Shown: in pieces, positions 49,042 to 58,482 of the stretch
Layout: the number at the start of each line of letters is the position of its first letter
Numbering within the stretch: the stretch's first letter is position 1
Assembly (NCBI GenBank): GCA_041662565.1
Contig: JBAZSE010000001.1
Coordinates: 1,084 to 65,083 of the forward strand
DNA length: 64,000 bases
Source: Patescibacteria group bacterium
GTDB taxonomy: Bacteria; Patescibacteriota; Patescibacteriia; UBA1558; UBA10009
Direction of reading: 5' to 3'
Translations under genes and position numbers: made by a program
Notes under the pieces: generated by a model
What the model was told of the DNA's origin: nothing
What the model saw: the letters and a program-made list of their open reading frames with translations, nothing else
Database searches by the model: none

Positions 49042-50567
49042 ATGGAAAGTATTGTTTTAGTTATCGTCTTGGTGGCGGGTCTCGCTTCAGGCGGTTTTGT
49101 TGGTTATTATTTTCGAAAATTGGCCGCTGTTCGCGAAGTAAATTCCGCGGAAAGCAAAGCCGAAGATTTGTTAAAAAAAGCCAAAGAAAGGCAAACGGAA
49201 ATTTTATTGGAAGCCAAAGATAAGGCCATCAAAGTAATTGATGAATCCAAGCGTGAGGCCGAAGAAAGGCGCCAAGAGGTTAAGCAGTTGCAAGCCAGGG
49301 TGGAAAAAAGAGAAGCTACCTTTGACCAAAAACTGTTGGATTTGGAAAACAAACAGCAGGAGTTATATCAAAAGGCGGAAAAGGTGGAAAAAATCAAAGA
49401 AGAAATTACCGCCGTTAGGGAACAACAGTTTGTTAAGTTGGAAACCATTGCCGGTTTAACCAGAGAAGAGGCCAAGGAAGTTTTGTTGAAAAACACTGAA
49501 GAAAAAATTAAGGACGAGTTGGTCTTGCGCGTAGCTAAATTGGAAGGCCAATCTTCGGAAGAATTGGAAATTAAAGCCAAACAATTGTTAAGTACGGTAA
49601 TTGAACGTTGCGCTTCTTCGCACGCCGTGGAAACTACCACTACAGCCGTGACCTTGCCCAACGATGAAATGAAAGGCAGAATTATCGGCCGCGAAGGCAG
49701 AAATATTAAAACTATTGAACAGTTAACCGGTGTGGAAATTGTGGTTGATGAAACCCCACAAACCATTTTAATCAGCGGTTTTTCACCCATTAGAAGGCAT
49801 TTGGCCAAATTGGCTTTGGAAAAATTAATTTCCGATGGCCGGATTCATCCGGGTAGAATTGAAGAAGCGGTTGATCAGGCCAAAAAGGAATTGGCTACCG
49901 ATATTAAAAAAGCCGGTGAGTCCGCTAACCGTGAAGCCGGTTTGGCCGGCGTTGATCCGCGGTTGGTTCAGATTTTGGGGCGTTTAAAATACCGCACCAG
50001 CTACGGTCAAAACCAATTGGTTCATGCCTTGGAAGTTACTCATCTGGCTGCCATGCTGGCCGAAGAATTAGGTGCCGATGTTAACATTACTAAAAAGGGC
50101 GCTTTATTTCATGATATCGGCAAAGCGGTTGATCATGAGTTCAAGGCGGACATCCGGAAATCGGCTATGATATCTTAAAAAAATTTGGCATGCCCGAAGA
50201 AGTGGCTTACTGCGCGCTGGGTCACCACGAAGATACGCCCAAGACCTTGGAGTGTATGATTGTTAAAGTGGCCGATGCTATTTCGGGTGCGCGTGTTGGA
50301 GCCAGAAAAGATACTTTTGAAAATTATATCCAGCGCTTAACCGAATTGGAAGAAGTGGCCAATTCATTCGCTGGGGTAGAAAAAACTTACGCAATTCAAG
50401 CGGGTAGGGAAATTAGAATTTTTGTCCAACCCGATCAAGTTGACGATTGGCAAGCCACTAAATTGGCCAGGGATATTGCCGATAAAATCCAAGCCGACTT
50501 AAAATATCCCGGTGAAATCAGGGTAACGGTTATTAGAGAAAAAAGAGTTATTGAATACGCCAGATAA
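49042..50567 (+). CDS. rny: Ribonuclease Y (TM anchor, coiled coil, KH and HD domains). It carries an apparent 1-nt frameshift near 50125-50135 that splits it into 49042-50178 and 50190-50567.
   Basis: It has 'IGREGRNIKTIEQLTGVEIVVDE' (KH) and 'HDIGKAVDHE' (HD). The +2 frame after DHE then reads 'QGGHPEIGYDILKKFGMPEEVAYCALGHHED', continuing the RNase Y alignment. The C-terminal 'IRVTVIREKRVIEYA' is the canonical end. Confidence 0.8.
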
Positions 50568-50574
50568 TTTAAGT

Positions 50575-51378
50575 ATGAAAATTTTATTCTTTGGCGACAT
50601 TATTGGAAAAATTGGAAGAACCGCCATGGTTCAAGTTTTTGGCGAACTTAAAAAAAAGTATCAGCCGGATGTAACTATTGCCAATGTGGAAAATATTGCC
50701 CATGGCAAAGGAGTAACCGCTAAAACTTTAACCGAGATGAAAGAACTGGGCTTAACTTGCTTAACCAGTGGTAACCATGTTTGGAAAAAAGAAAATGTGG
50801 TTACGGCAAGCGAAGAAGCCGGTATTTGTTTACTAACTCCCGCTAATGACCCCAGAACAACCCAAGCGATGCGGGCGGTTAAATTGCGCGTTGGCTCAAA
50901 TAATTTGATTGTGGTAAACTTATTAGGCCGGGTATTTATTGATGACGATAATACTTTGCGTTGCCCTTTTAAGGAAATAGATGCCATTTTAGCGGATTAC
51001 CAAGATGGTTCTTCGGCGGTTTTGGTGGATGTTCATGCCGAAGCCACTTCGGAAAAAATCGCTTTGGGCTGGTATTTGGATGGCCGCGCGGCCGCGGTTT
51101 TAGGAACCCATACTCATATTCCGACAAGTGATGTTAAGATTTTGCCTAAAGGCACCGGTTATGTTACCGATGTAGGTATGGTGGGGCCGGTTGATTCGGT
51201 ATTAGGTGTTAAAAAAGAGCTGGTAATTGAAAAGTTTTTAAGCAATGGTCCGGTGGTGTTTGACTTTCCGGAAGATGGCGCAGTGGAAGTTAACGGCATT
51301 TATCTGGAAACCGATGATACCACGGGGTTGGCAAAAAATATAGAAAAAATCCAGGAAATTGTTATTGTCAAAAATTAA
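50575..51378 (+). CDS. ymdB: YmdB-family metallophosphoesterase (2',3'-cyclic-nucleotide phosphodiesterase). It is in the conserved rny-ymdB arrangement.
   Basis: It begins 'MKILFFGDIIGKIGR' and has 'ANVENIAHGKGVT'. Confidence 0.8.
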   Translation: MKILFFGDIIGKIGRTAMVQVFGELKKKYQPDVTIANVENIAHGKGVTAKTLTEMKELGLTCLTSGNHVWKKENVVTASEEAGICLLTPANDPRTTQAMRAVKLRVGSNNLIVVNLLGRVFIDDDNTLRCPFKEIDAILADYQDGSSAVLVDVHAEATSEKIALGWYLDGRAAAVLGTHTHIPTSDVKILPKGTGYVTDVGMVGPVDSVLGVKKELVIEKFLSNGPVVFDFPEDGAVEVNGIYLETDDTTGLAKNIEKIQEIVIVKN

Positions 51379-51456
51379 CTTTTCTCTAAAAAGCGTGGAT
51401 GTTTAGTAAACCGCGCCTAAATAATTTTTTTGAGAAAATATAAGGAGGTTAAATTT

Positions 51457-51741
51457 ATGAACAAAGTAATTCTCGCCGAACAAATTTCCGCCCAATGCGG
51501 TTTAAGCAAAAAAGACGTAGAGAAAGTTTTGGATTCTTTGGAAGAAGTTATAATCGGCGCTTTAAAAAAAGGCGAAGAAGTAACGCTGACCGGTTTTGGT
51601 ACTTTTTCAGCGCGTACTCGATCGGCCAGGATGGGCGTTAATCCGCAAAAACCTGCCGAGAAAATCCAGATACCCGAAGTGATTGTGCCTAAATTTAAAT
51701 CCGGCAAGGCGCTAAAAGATGCGTTAAAGGCAAAAGCGTAA
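51457..51741 (+). CDS. hup: HU-family DNA-binding protein. The start is placed at MNKVIL with RBS AAGGAGG.
   Basis: It has 'MNKVILAEQISAQCGLSKKDVEKVLDSLEEVI...TLTGFGTFSARTRSARMGVNPQ'. Confidence 0.85.
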   Translation: MNKVILAEQISAQCGLSKKDVEKVLDSLEEVIIGALKKGEEVTLTGFGTFSARTRSARMGVNPQKPAEKIQIPEVIVPKFKSGKALKDALKAKA

Positions 51742-51759
51742 TTTTAAAAATTGTGAATT

Positions 51760-51891
51760 AAAAAACCGCGTCTCTAATCGTCATTGCGAGCCCCAAAGGG
51801 GCGTGGCAATCCCGCTGTACTTGGTATGCGCATCGGGATTGCTTCGTCGCTAGCGCTCCTCGCAATGACCTCTGAAGGACGCGGTTTTTTT
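51760..51891. repeat. Structured ~130-nt element between the convergent hup and peptidase genes. The outer 13-bp stem is aaaaaaccgcgtc/gacgcggttttttt. Inner stems are tcattgcgag/ctcgcaatga and gcaatcccg/cgggattgc, with ccccaaagggg and gcgctagcgc palindromes.
   Basis: Nested inverted repeats read directly. A/T runs on both sides make it a possible bidirectional terminator with extra structure. Confidence 0.5.
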
Positions 51892-52729
51892 AATTAGGGT
51901 AAACCACCATCACCCGTTTTGCGCCTTGCAGAATATCGGCCCCGTTATTCCAATCATGAATTGCCTCCATAATGGTTTGGTAATCGTATAAATAGTTTTC
52001 ACCTCTTCTGGTGCCTGGATCATTGGTAATAAATTTATCCGCGGTATAACCCTTTATTACCAGCATGTGGTAAACAGGTCCCGGGGCTCTAAAATTAGGG
52101 TTGCCAAGCATTCGTCCGGCTACCGGAATAATAACCGGATGCCCGCTTGATAATTCTTTTTTAATTTGTTCGATTGTCGGTTCAACCAAAATTTTTGTTT
52201 GGTAGCCCGATAGGTATTCTGCAAAAACCTGTTCAGCTTGGTTAAGATTAATATCCAATGTTTTTACGCCAAAGCGTTTGTCTATCCAGGCGATCATGGC
52301 CAAAATTTCTTTTTCCGTTTCTGTTCCCGAAATAAATGGTTGTTTATCATAGTAATGATCCACCATTATAATACTGGCTTCTTCGCAGGCCTCGTTAAAA
52401 ACCTCGGCCCAGTTGCCGGTGGGCGCTTGAGAGGTAAAAGGAATATCCAAATTAATAGTTGCGGCAATTTTAATCGGGGTAATTACCGGTTGTTCGTCTT
52501 TTGGTTTTTCGGAAACATCAGTATTGGTTTGAACTGTTGGCTCAACTTGAGAGTTTTGGTTAATGGTTGGCTGTAAGCTTTTTTGTTCTTCATAACCTGT
52601 GGCCTGTGGTAGAGCTTCTTTGGTCATATTCAGCCAAAGATCTTTAAGCCAAACTCGGCTAAAAAAGGCAACTGAGAGTAACAAAAAAAATGTTATCGTC
52701 AGCAGGTAACGGGTATTTTTTTTATTCAT
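51890..52729 (-). CDS. Secreted/membrane-anchored C39-like (papain-fold) peptidase-domain protein.
   Basis: N-terminal TM and a Pro/Thr/Gln linker. It has 'FTSQAPTGNWAEVFNEACEEASIIMV' (Cys region) and 'PVYHMLVIKGY' (His region). Confidence 0.45.
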   Translation of the reverse strand: MNKKNTRYLLTITFFLLLSVAFFSRVWLKDLWLNMTKEALPQATGYEEQKSLQPTINQNSQVEPTVQTNTDVSEKPKDEQPVITPIKIAATINLDIPFTSQAPTGNWAEVFNEACEEASIIMVDHYYDKQPFISGTETEKEILAMIAWIDKRFGVKTLDINLNQAEQVFAEYLSGYQTKILVEPTIEQIKKELSSGHPVIIPVAGRMLGNPNFRAPGPVYHMLVIKGYTADKFITNDPGTRRGENYLYDYQTIMEAIHDWNNGADILQGAKRVMVVYPN

Positions 52730-52777
52730 TTGTTTTTTTGGGGGTTATGGCAAGCAATTCGCTCACGAAACTAAAAA

Positions 52778-54217
52778 TTATTTAGTGATGTAATTTTTGT
52801 AATCATCATTGTTTTGCCAAGCGCTCCAAGGAATAGCTGGGTGCACGGTTTTGCCGGAAAATTTAATGGCCTTGGCAATCGCTTCAACCGGGTAGCCGCC
52901 ATAAATGTAGCTGTTGACTAAAATATACCAGTGTTGTGTGCTTTTGGGGATTTGCGAATTAAAATACTGGTCCAATTTATTTTTTAATTCTTCGGCTAAA
53001 CGTCTTTCTTCGCTTAAATTTTTAAGTCGGGCTTGGCCGTATGCAAAAGTGCCGGCAACTCCGGCTGTTGGTTTTGTTTCGCCCAAGCGCCCCAAGCCCA
53101 AGGGATTATAGCCATGGGCCACTTCTACGCCGTCAATATAACCATCGCCATCGGTATCGGCTTTAACCGCATCGGTGCCATAGGTGGTTTCTTGGGTATT
53201 GGTTAAGCCGTCATGGTCAAAATCCTGGGCAGGATCCGATGGCTGATAGGGTCCGATAAGCTCTTGGGGCAAGGTGGTAAATGTAAATTCCGGCGTGGTT
53301 AAAGTTTTATTTAAAACGTCTTTAAGCTCCACTTTGTAGTAGTAGGTTTTATTGGTTTTTAAATTTGACAATGTAATGCTATTTTCGGTACTGCGAGGCG
53401 AACTTAAATTTTTGCTTTTGGAGTAGCTTTTGCTTTTTTCGCCGTATTTAACTTCTCCTTCAACCGGCCGATTGGTTTTAAGGGTTATAATAATTTCACT
53501 GGTGCTAGTGCCGGTATTTTGGTTAAAAGGCGAAATTTCATAAATAATCAATTCAGGAACTTTTTTATCGTCTTCGGTATTGGTTTGAAAATTAAAGTTA
53601 ACGCTATATTGTTCGTTGCCGGCTTTATCTTTGGAAGAAACCTGATAGTAGTAAAGAGTGTTGCGCTTAAGCTTGCTTATGGTAATATCATGGGTTTTAA
53701 CCAAACCGTTTTTACATTCTTTATTTTTTAAATTATTGGGATTGGTATTCCAGTGCACGCAAGAATTTCCGGCTTCATCGGATTTCCAAACAAAGGTAGC
53801 AGTGTTGCCGGTTACAAAGCTGGTGTGCACATCGGTTACCGATGGAGCTTCTTTATCATTGGCTTTGGTGGTGGTAAAGTTGTAAATATCGCTGGTGATT
53901 TTATAGTTGCCAAAAGTGGCAGCTTCCAGAACAAAATAATATTTTTTTTCCGATAATAAATTGGAAAGTTTGGTTTCGTGGTAGGTGTTTAAATTATTAT
54001 CGCCCAGCCAATTGCCAAAACCGTTGGTTAAGCCGAATTTAATAAGGCCGGTAGTTGGCACATTGGTGCTCCAATAAATGGTGGCGCTTTTATCGCCGGG
54101 AGAAATTCTTAAAGAAATAATTCTGGGCAAATTATTAACCTGGGCTGATGCCAAAAAACCCGGCGCCAGCCAGGTGGTAATAGTCAGTATTAAAGCAATC
54201 AGCAGAATTTTTTTCAT
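52778..54217 (-). CDS. Secreted surface protein with three fibronectin type-III-like domains. It also carries a TSP3-like Ca-binding motif, 'DFDHDGLTNTQETTYGTDAVKADTDGDGYIDGVEVAHGYNP'.
   Basis: It has a signal peptide. FN3-like 'YWSTN...Y.F' patterns occur three times. The acidic motif is nearly identical to the one in the 799-aa protease. Confidence 0.55.
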   Translation of the reverse strand: MKKILLIALILTITTWLAPGFLASAQVNNLPRIISLRISPGDKSATIYWSTNVPTTGLIKFGLTNGFGNWLGDNNLNTYHETKLSNLLSEKKYYFVLEAATFGNYKITSDIYNFTTTKANDKEAPSVTDVHTSFVTGNTATFVWKSDEAGNSCVHWNTNPNNLKNKECKNGLVKTHDITISKLKRNTLYYYQVSSKDKAGNEQYSVNFNFQTNTEDDKKVPELIIYEISPFNQNTGTSTSEIIITLKTNRPVEGEVKYGEKSKSYSKSKNLSSPRSTENSITLSNLKTNKTYYYKVELKDVLNKTLTTPEFTFTTLPQELIGPYQPSDPAQDFDHDGLTNTQETTYGTDAVKADTDGDGYIDGVEVAHGYNPLGLGRLGETKPTAGVAGTFAYGQARLKNLSEERRLAEELKNKLDQYFNSQIPKSTQHWYILVNSYIYGGYPVEAIAKAIKFSGKTVHPAIPWSAWQNNDDYKNYITK

Positions 54218-54281
54218 AAACTATACTCATAGTATCTAATTTTTTTCGCTTTTTGTCAACTTTAAATTATTTCTCATCATA

Positions 54282-54310
54282 TTGACAAGAAGCATTTTTT
54301 TTGATATTAT
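54282..54310 (+). promoter_or_regulatory. Sigma70-like promoter (TTGACA, 17-nt spacer, TATTAT) upstream of the island-3 gene. It is embedded in the palindrome ttgtcaa...ttgacaa.
   Basis: Hexamers read directly. Confidence 0.45.
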
Positions 54311-54357
54311 AAATCGTTCTGACCTTTCGCAAACAATCTAACACAAGGAAAATCAAA

Positions 54358-55257
54358 ATGTCCAAAAATGATGGACAAGAGGAATCGTACGCGGTTGCAA
54401 ATGCCTTGGCATATGGAGGAGAAATTCTGCCACGACCAATGCGGTCTGATGAAGCTTCTCTTTCTCAACTTGGCACCCAGCCGCTTGGCACCTGTTCTTG
54501 GGGCGAAAATAACTTCGCGTTTGTTGGCTACTTTGAGCCGTGCATCTACATTGGCAAACTATCTTCCGATGGCTCGCTCATCGAGCTTGAGGCCATTAGG
54601 TGGGTAAGATACGGCGATCAGCTTCATCGGATCTTTCCGCCCAACGCCCAACCAGGCGAAGCCAATCGCGGGCAAACTGTGAGCCCGGGTCCGGAGGGCA
54701 CTCTGATTGTCAGCTGCAATGCCTCTAGAACATTCTACGTTCTGCAGGAACCAGAAGATTTGGGCGACTACTGGCGTTGTGTTCGGCAATTCGATTTGCC
54801 TAACTACCCGATTCCCGGATTCAGGCACGTTCATGCTGCACTTTTTACCGTAGGCAATCTACTGGTAATGACCAGCGCCGGTGATCTCAACCAACCCTGG
54901 GAGATAGGCGAATATGCCCATCAGAATGGTGCGTCGCTCGTGTATGAGGCGCATGTACAGAGAGAGTAGTCGTACCTCTATGGCATTGGCAACAGGCCAA
55001 ATGACCAGACGGCTTGGTATATAACCGACAGTCGGTCCAATGGACCGCTGGGTATCTATCGGGGAGACCAACTGGTTATCCCTCACGTTACCGGCAACGG
55101 TATCTGCTTCATGGCAGATGGTTCGGCTCTGGTGACCCAGTATGGACAGGAACTGTGTCGTGGTCCAAATGGAGCCCGCCATTCATTCGGCGGTAGCCCT
55201 GGCGCGCTGATCCATCTGCCGTCCGATTTTATCCAACAACATCTTGATCGCATCTGA
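54358..55257 (+). pseudogene. GC-rich hypothetical gene (island 3) with an in-frame TAG at 54967-54969. The reading frame stays open for another 95 codons to a TGA at 55255. A hairpin terminator follows at 55281-55329.
   Basis: The same frame is stop-free on both sides of the TAG, and the translation is protein-like on both sides. GC is ~55%. Confidence 0.45.
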
Positions 55258-55330
55258 TCGAGACAATGCATTCTGGTACAGGAGAGTTAGTTGATTTCGG
55301 ATAACACCGAAACAACTAACTCTCATTTTT

Positions 55331-56857
55331 TTATTGCAAAATATTTTGCCGGTATTGCAAAGCTTCGGCTACGTGAGCCAGTTGGATGTTTGTTGAATTT
55401 TCCAAATCGGCAATGGTGCGGGCGATTTTTAATATTTTATGGTACCCTCTGGCCGAAAGTCCGAATTTATTTACAGCTTGTTTTAACAATTGCTCTCCGG
55501 CGCTATCCAAAACGCAGAATTTTTCAATCAGTTGGTGATCCATTTCGGAATTATAAAACAGTCCGAAATTTTTTAAGCGTTTGATTTGGATTTTTTGGGC
55601 ATTAGTAATTTGTTTGATGATTTTTTCTTGATTGCCAACAACATTATTGTTAGCCAACAGTTCTTCGGTTTTTAACCTTGGTACTTCCACTTGCAAATCA
55701 ATCCTGTCCAAGAGCGGGCCGGATAATTTTTTTTGATAATGCCTGATTTGCAAAGTAGTGCAGGAACAGTTTTTTTCCGGATCGGATAAAAAACCGCAAG
55801 GGCAAGGATTGGCCGTAGCTATCAAGGTAAAGCGGGCGGGAAATTGAATGGTGCTTGAGGTGCGAGAAATGGTAATTAATCCGTCTTCCAACGGTTGCCG
55901 CAAACTTTCTAAAACCGAACGGGGAAATTCTGGCAATTCATCCAAAAATAAAATTCCGCGATGTGCTAAAGTTATTTCGCCGGGTTTAGGAAAAGCGCCG
56001 CCGCCAACTAGGGCGATATTTGAAGAGGTGTGATGAGGGCTGCGAAACGGACGAGCTTGAATTAAGGGCTGGGCATCTGGTAAAAGTCCGGCTAAACTGT
56101 AAATTTTTGTCACTTCCAAGCTCTCATTTAGCGTTAACGGCGGCAACAACCCGGCTAAGGCCTTGGCGAGTAAGGTTTTTCCGCTGCCTGGAGGCCCAGA
56201 CATCAGCATATTATGGTAACCGCTGGCGGCAATAATTAGCGCTCGTTTAACCTGAGATTGGCCCTTGATTTGGTTTAAATAAATTTTCGGTTTTGTTGCC
56301 TTATCTCTAGTAAAGGATTTTTTAATTAATTTTTTTATCAAAGTTTCTGAACGCAAATGATTAACCAGCTGGTCTAGATTTTTACAGGGAAAAATTTCCA
56401 AACCCTTAATTAAGGCAGCTTCCAAGGCATTGGCTTCGGGCAGATAAATTCTTTTAATGCCCAAACTTTTAAGATTGGAAGCAATGGCTAAAACGCCGTT
56501 AATCGGCCGCAACAAACCATCTAAAGAAAGTTCGCCGATAAAAATAGCTTTTTGATTTGCAGGAGTTAAGGTGATTAATTTTTTAACCGCTAAAATGGCC
56601 ACGGCAATCGGCAAATCAAAACTTGGTCCGATTTTTTTTAAATCAGCCGGCGCTAAGTTAACCGTAACTTTGGTTCTGGGAAAAGGCAAACCGCAATTTT
56701 TAATAGAACTTCTAACCCGTTCTTTGGCTTCCGAAACCGCGGCATCCGGTAAACCAACAATTAAAAAAGCGGGCAAGCCGGCCGAAATATCGGCTTCAAC
56801 TTCAAGCAAATGGCTATTTAAGCCGATATTGGCAATACTGTAAACTTTGGCAGGCAT
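55331..56857 (-). CDS. comM: YifB/ComM-family Mg-chelatase-like AAA+ ATPase.
   Basis: Walker A 'GPPGSGKT'. The N-terminal Lon-like domain is 'LLEVEADISAGLPAFLIVGLPDAAVSEAKERV'. The C-terminal ChlI domain is present. Confidence 0.85.
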   Translation of the reverse strand: MPAKVYSIANIGLNSHLLEVEADISAGLPAFLIVGLPDAAVSEAKERVRSSIKNCGLPFPRTKVTVNLAPADLKKIGPSFDLPIAVAILAVKKLITLTPANQKAIFIGELSLDGLLRPINGVLAIASNLKSLGIKRIYLPEANALEAALIKGLEIFPCKNLDQLVNHLRSETLIKKLIKKSFTRDKATKPKIYLNQIKGQSQVKRALIIAASGYHNMLMSGPPGSGKTLLAKALAGLLPPLTLNESLEVTKIYSLAGLLPDAQPLIQARPFRSPHHTSSNIALVGGGAFPKPGEITLAHRGILFLDELPEFPRSVLESLRQPLEDGLITISRTSSTIQFPARFTLIATANPCPCGFLSDPEKNCSCTTLQIRHYQKKLSGPLLDRIDLQVEVPRLKTEELLANNNVVGNQEKIIKQITNAQKIQIKRLKNFGLFYNSEMDHQLIEKFCVLDSAGEQLLKQAVNKFGLSARGYHKILKIARTIADLENSTNIQLAHVAEALQYRQNILQ

Positions 56858-56949
56858 AAAAATAATTAGTTAAAAATAAAAAAATAGGGTAATAGCCAAA
56901 CTTGCGTTCGTCTAGTTGACCCTATTTTTGTCTTCTTACTTTAACTTAT

Positions 56950-57408
56950 TTAAGCGTTGTTTGTCAAATCGTTTTTTTTAAAATGCCACAGTAGTAATAA
57001 ACAACCGCAAAAAATAAAAACATCACTTAAATTAAAAACCGGAAAAATCCACCAATCAAGATAATCAATTACTCCACCGAACTTTATTCTATCCAATAAA
57101 TTGCTGATGGAGCCAATTAAAATTAAGCCAAAGCCCCAAAGTAAAGTCGTATTTTTAATAGCGAATTTAAAACCCAGAATAATAATCAAAATAATTAAAC
57201 AAAAACTTAAACCACCGGCCAGCCAGTTGCTTACGGGTAAGCTAAGTGCCAGATTGGCATTTAAAAAAAGTTTTAGCTGGAAATTAGGCCACAATAAAAC
57301 CCCTTCGGAAAAAAGAGGTTTTAAAATTATAAAGTATTTTATCAAACGATCCAGAATAAAAAGAGCCAGTAGTAATATCAATCCGAAAAATAGACGGAAG
57401 TTATTCAT
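56950..57408 (-). CDS. lspA: Lipoprotein signal peptidase (signal peptidase II).
   Basis: Four TM helices. It has 'IDYLDWWIFPVFNLSDVFI'. Confidence 0.75.
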   Translation of the reverse strand: MNNFRLFFGLILLLALFILDRLIKYFIILKPLFSEGVLLWPNFQLKLFLNANLALSLPVSNWLAGGLSFCLIILIIILGFKFAIKNTTLLWGFGLILIGSISNLLDRIKFGGVIDYLDWWIFPVFNLSDVFIFCGCLLLLWHFKKNDLTNNA

Positions 57409-57784
57409 TTTTTATCAGGCAAACTTTAGGCGCGCATTTGGTGGCGGTTGGCATGATTTTTAAGCGTTCGGGCAAAATTGCTTGGCCGCACTTTTCACAA
57501 ATACCGTAGGTGCCTTCATCAATTTTTTTCAGCGAACGGTTAATCATTTCCAAGGATTGCTCCAAGGTTTCTTCCAATGATAAATTGCCTTCAAACACCG
57601 CTACTTCGGCGGCGTTTTCATCTTCTTTATCACCGTATTTGGGAAAATCGGAATTGTAATTATCTTTTTGGTGCGGATCGGCTTTGGCAAAGGAGGAAAG
57701 CTGTTCTTCCAAATGATTTTTTCTGGCTAATAAATCGGCTTTAATTTCACTGATAAAATTTTTAGGCAAAGATGATTGAGTCAT
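57401..57784 (-). CDS. DksA/TraR-family C4 zinc-finger protein.
   Basis: C-terminal 'CEKCGQAI...CAPKVC'. It overlaps the lspA start by 8 nt. Confidence 0.6.
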   Translation of the reverse strand: MTQSSLPKNFISEIKADLLARKNHLEEQLSSFAKADPHQKDNYNSDFPKYGDKEDENAAEVAVFEGNLSLEETLEQSLEMINRSLKKIDEGTYGICEKCGQAILPERLKIMPTATKCAPKVCLIKNE

Positions 57785-58482
57785 AATTAAATGGTTAGTT
57801 GCTTACTCTGATTAAAATGAATAGTACTCGTTTTGAGCCAAATTGTCAAGGTATTTAAAAATTTTGGTAACTGAAAAGGCGCTACTAGCGCCCTCTAATA
57901 AAGTTTATTAAATAGGGGAGTAGCGCCTATGACCCAAAAATTCAATTTTTCGCCCCTTACGTATAAGGAGTGAGAAATATCACAAATTTTTGAGCTTTTG
58001 CGCTCTGTCCGACTGTGAGCAATGTTGCCAACCAAGCCCTTGGTGGTAATCTTCAGATTTGGATAAGAAGATAACCTTCAAAATTTTTGTTTTTTGTTTT
58101 TGTTCCCTTTCCATGAGGATTGGGAGAGAGTTGTGGCCAACTGGTCGGTCAGCGGCCTTAACGGGCTAGTAAGCAACAGAATAATCCCCTAAAAGGGTCT
58201 AAAAAGTTCCTTTAGAGGACAGATTCTTGATATAAAGTGCTATCTATAATCTTTAACTATTTAAGTATATCATATTTTAAAGAAAAAATCAATACCTATT
58301 TATGGCTAACTTTAGCTAAAAAAGAGCGTAAGCATTGGTGGGTGTGGATTATTGAACAACTTTTTTATTCACATAAATCACAGGTTATCCACAGTGCTTA
58401 GCGCTGTAATTGCCACGCTTAGCGTGGCACACTTAATATAGGCAGTTAATTATCAAATAATATAAACCAATAAAAATTAGGG

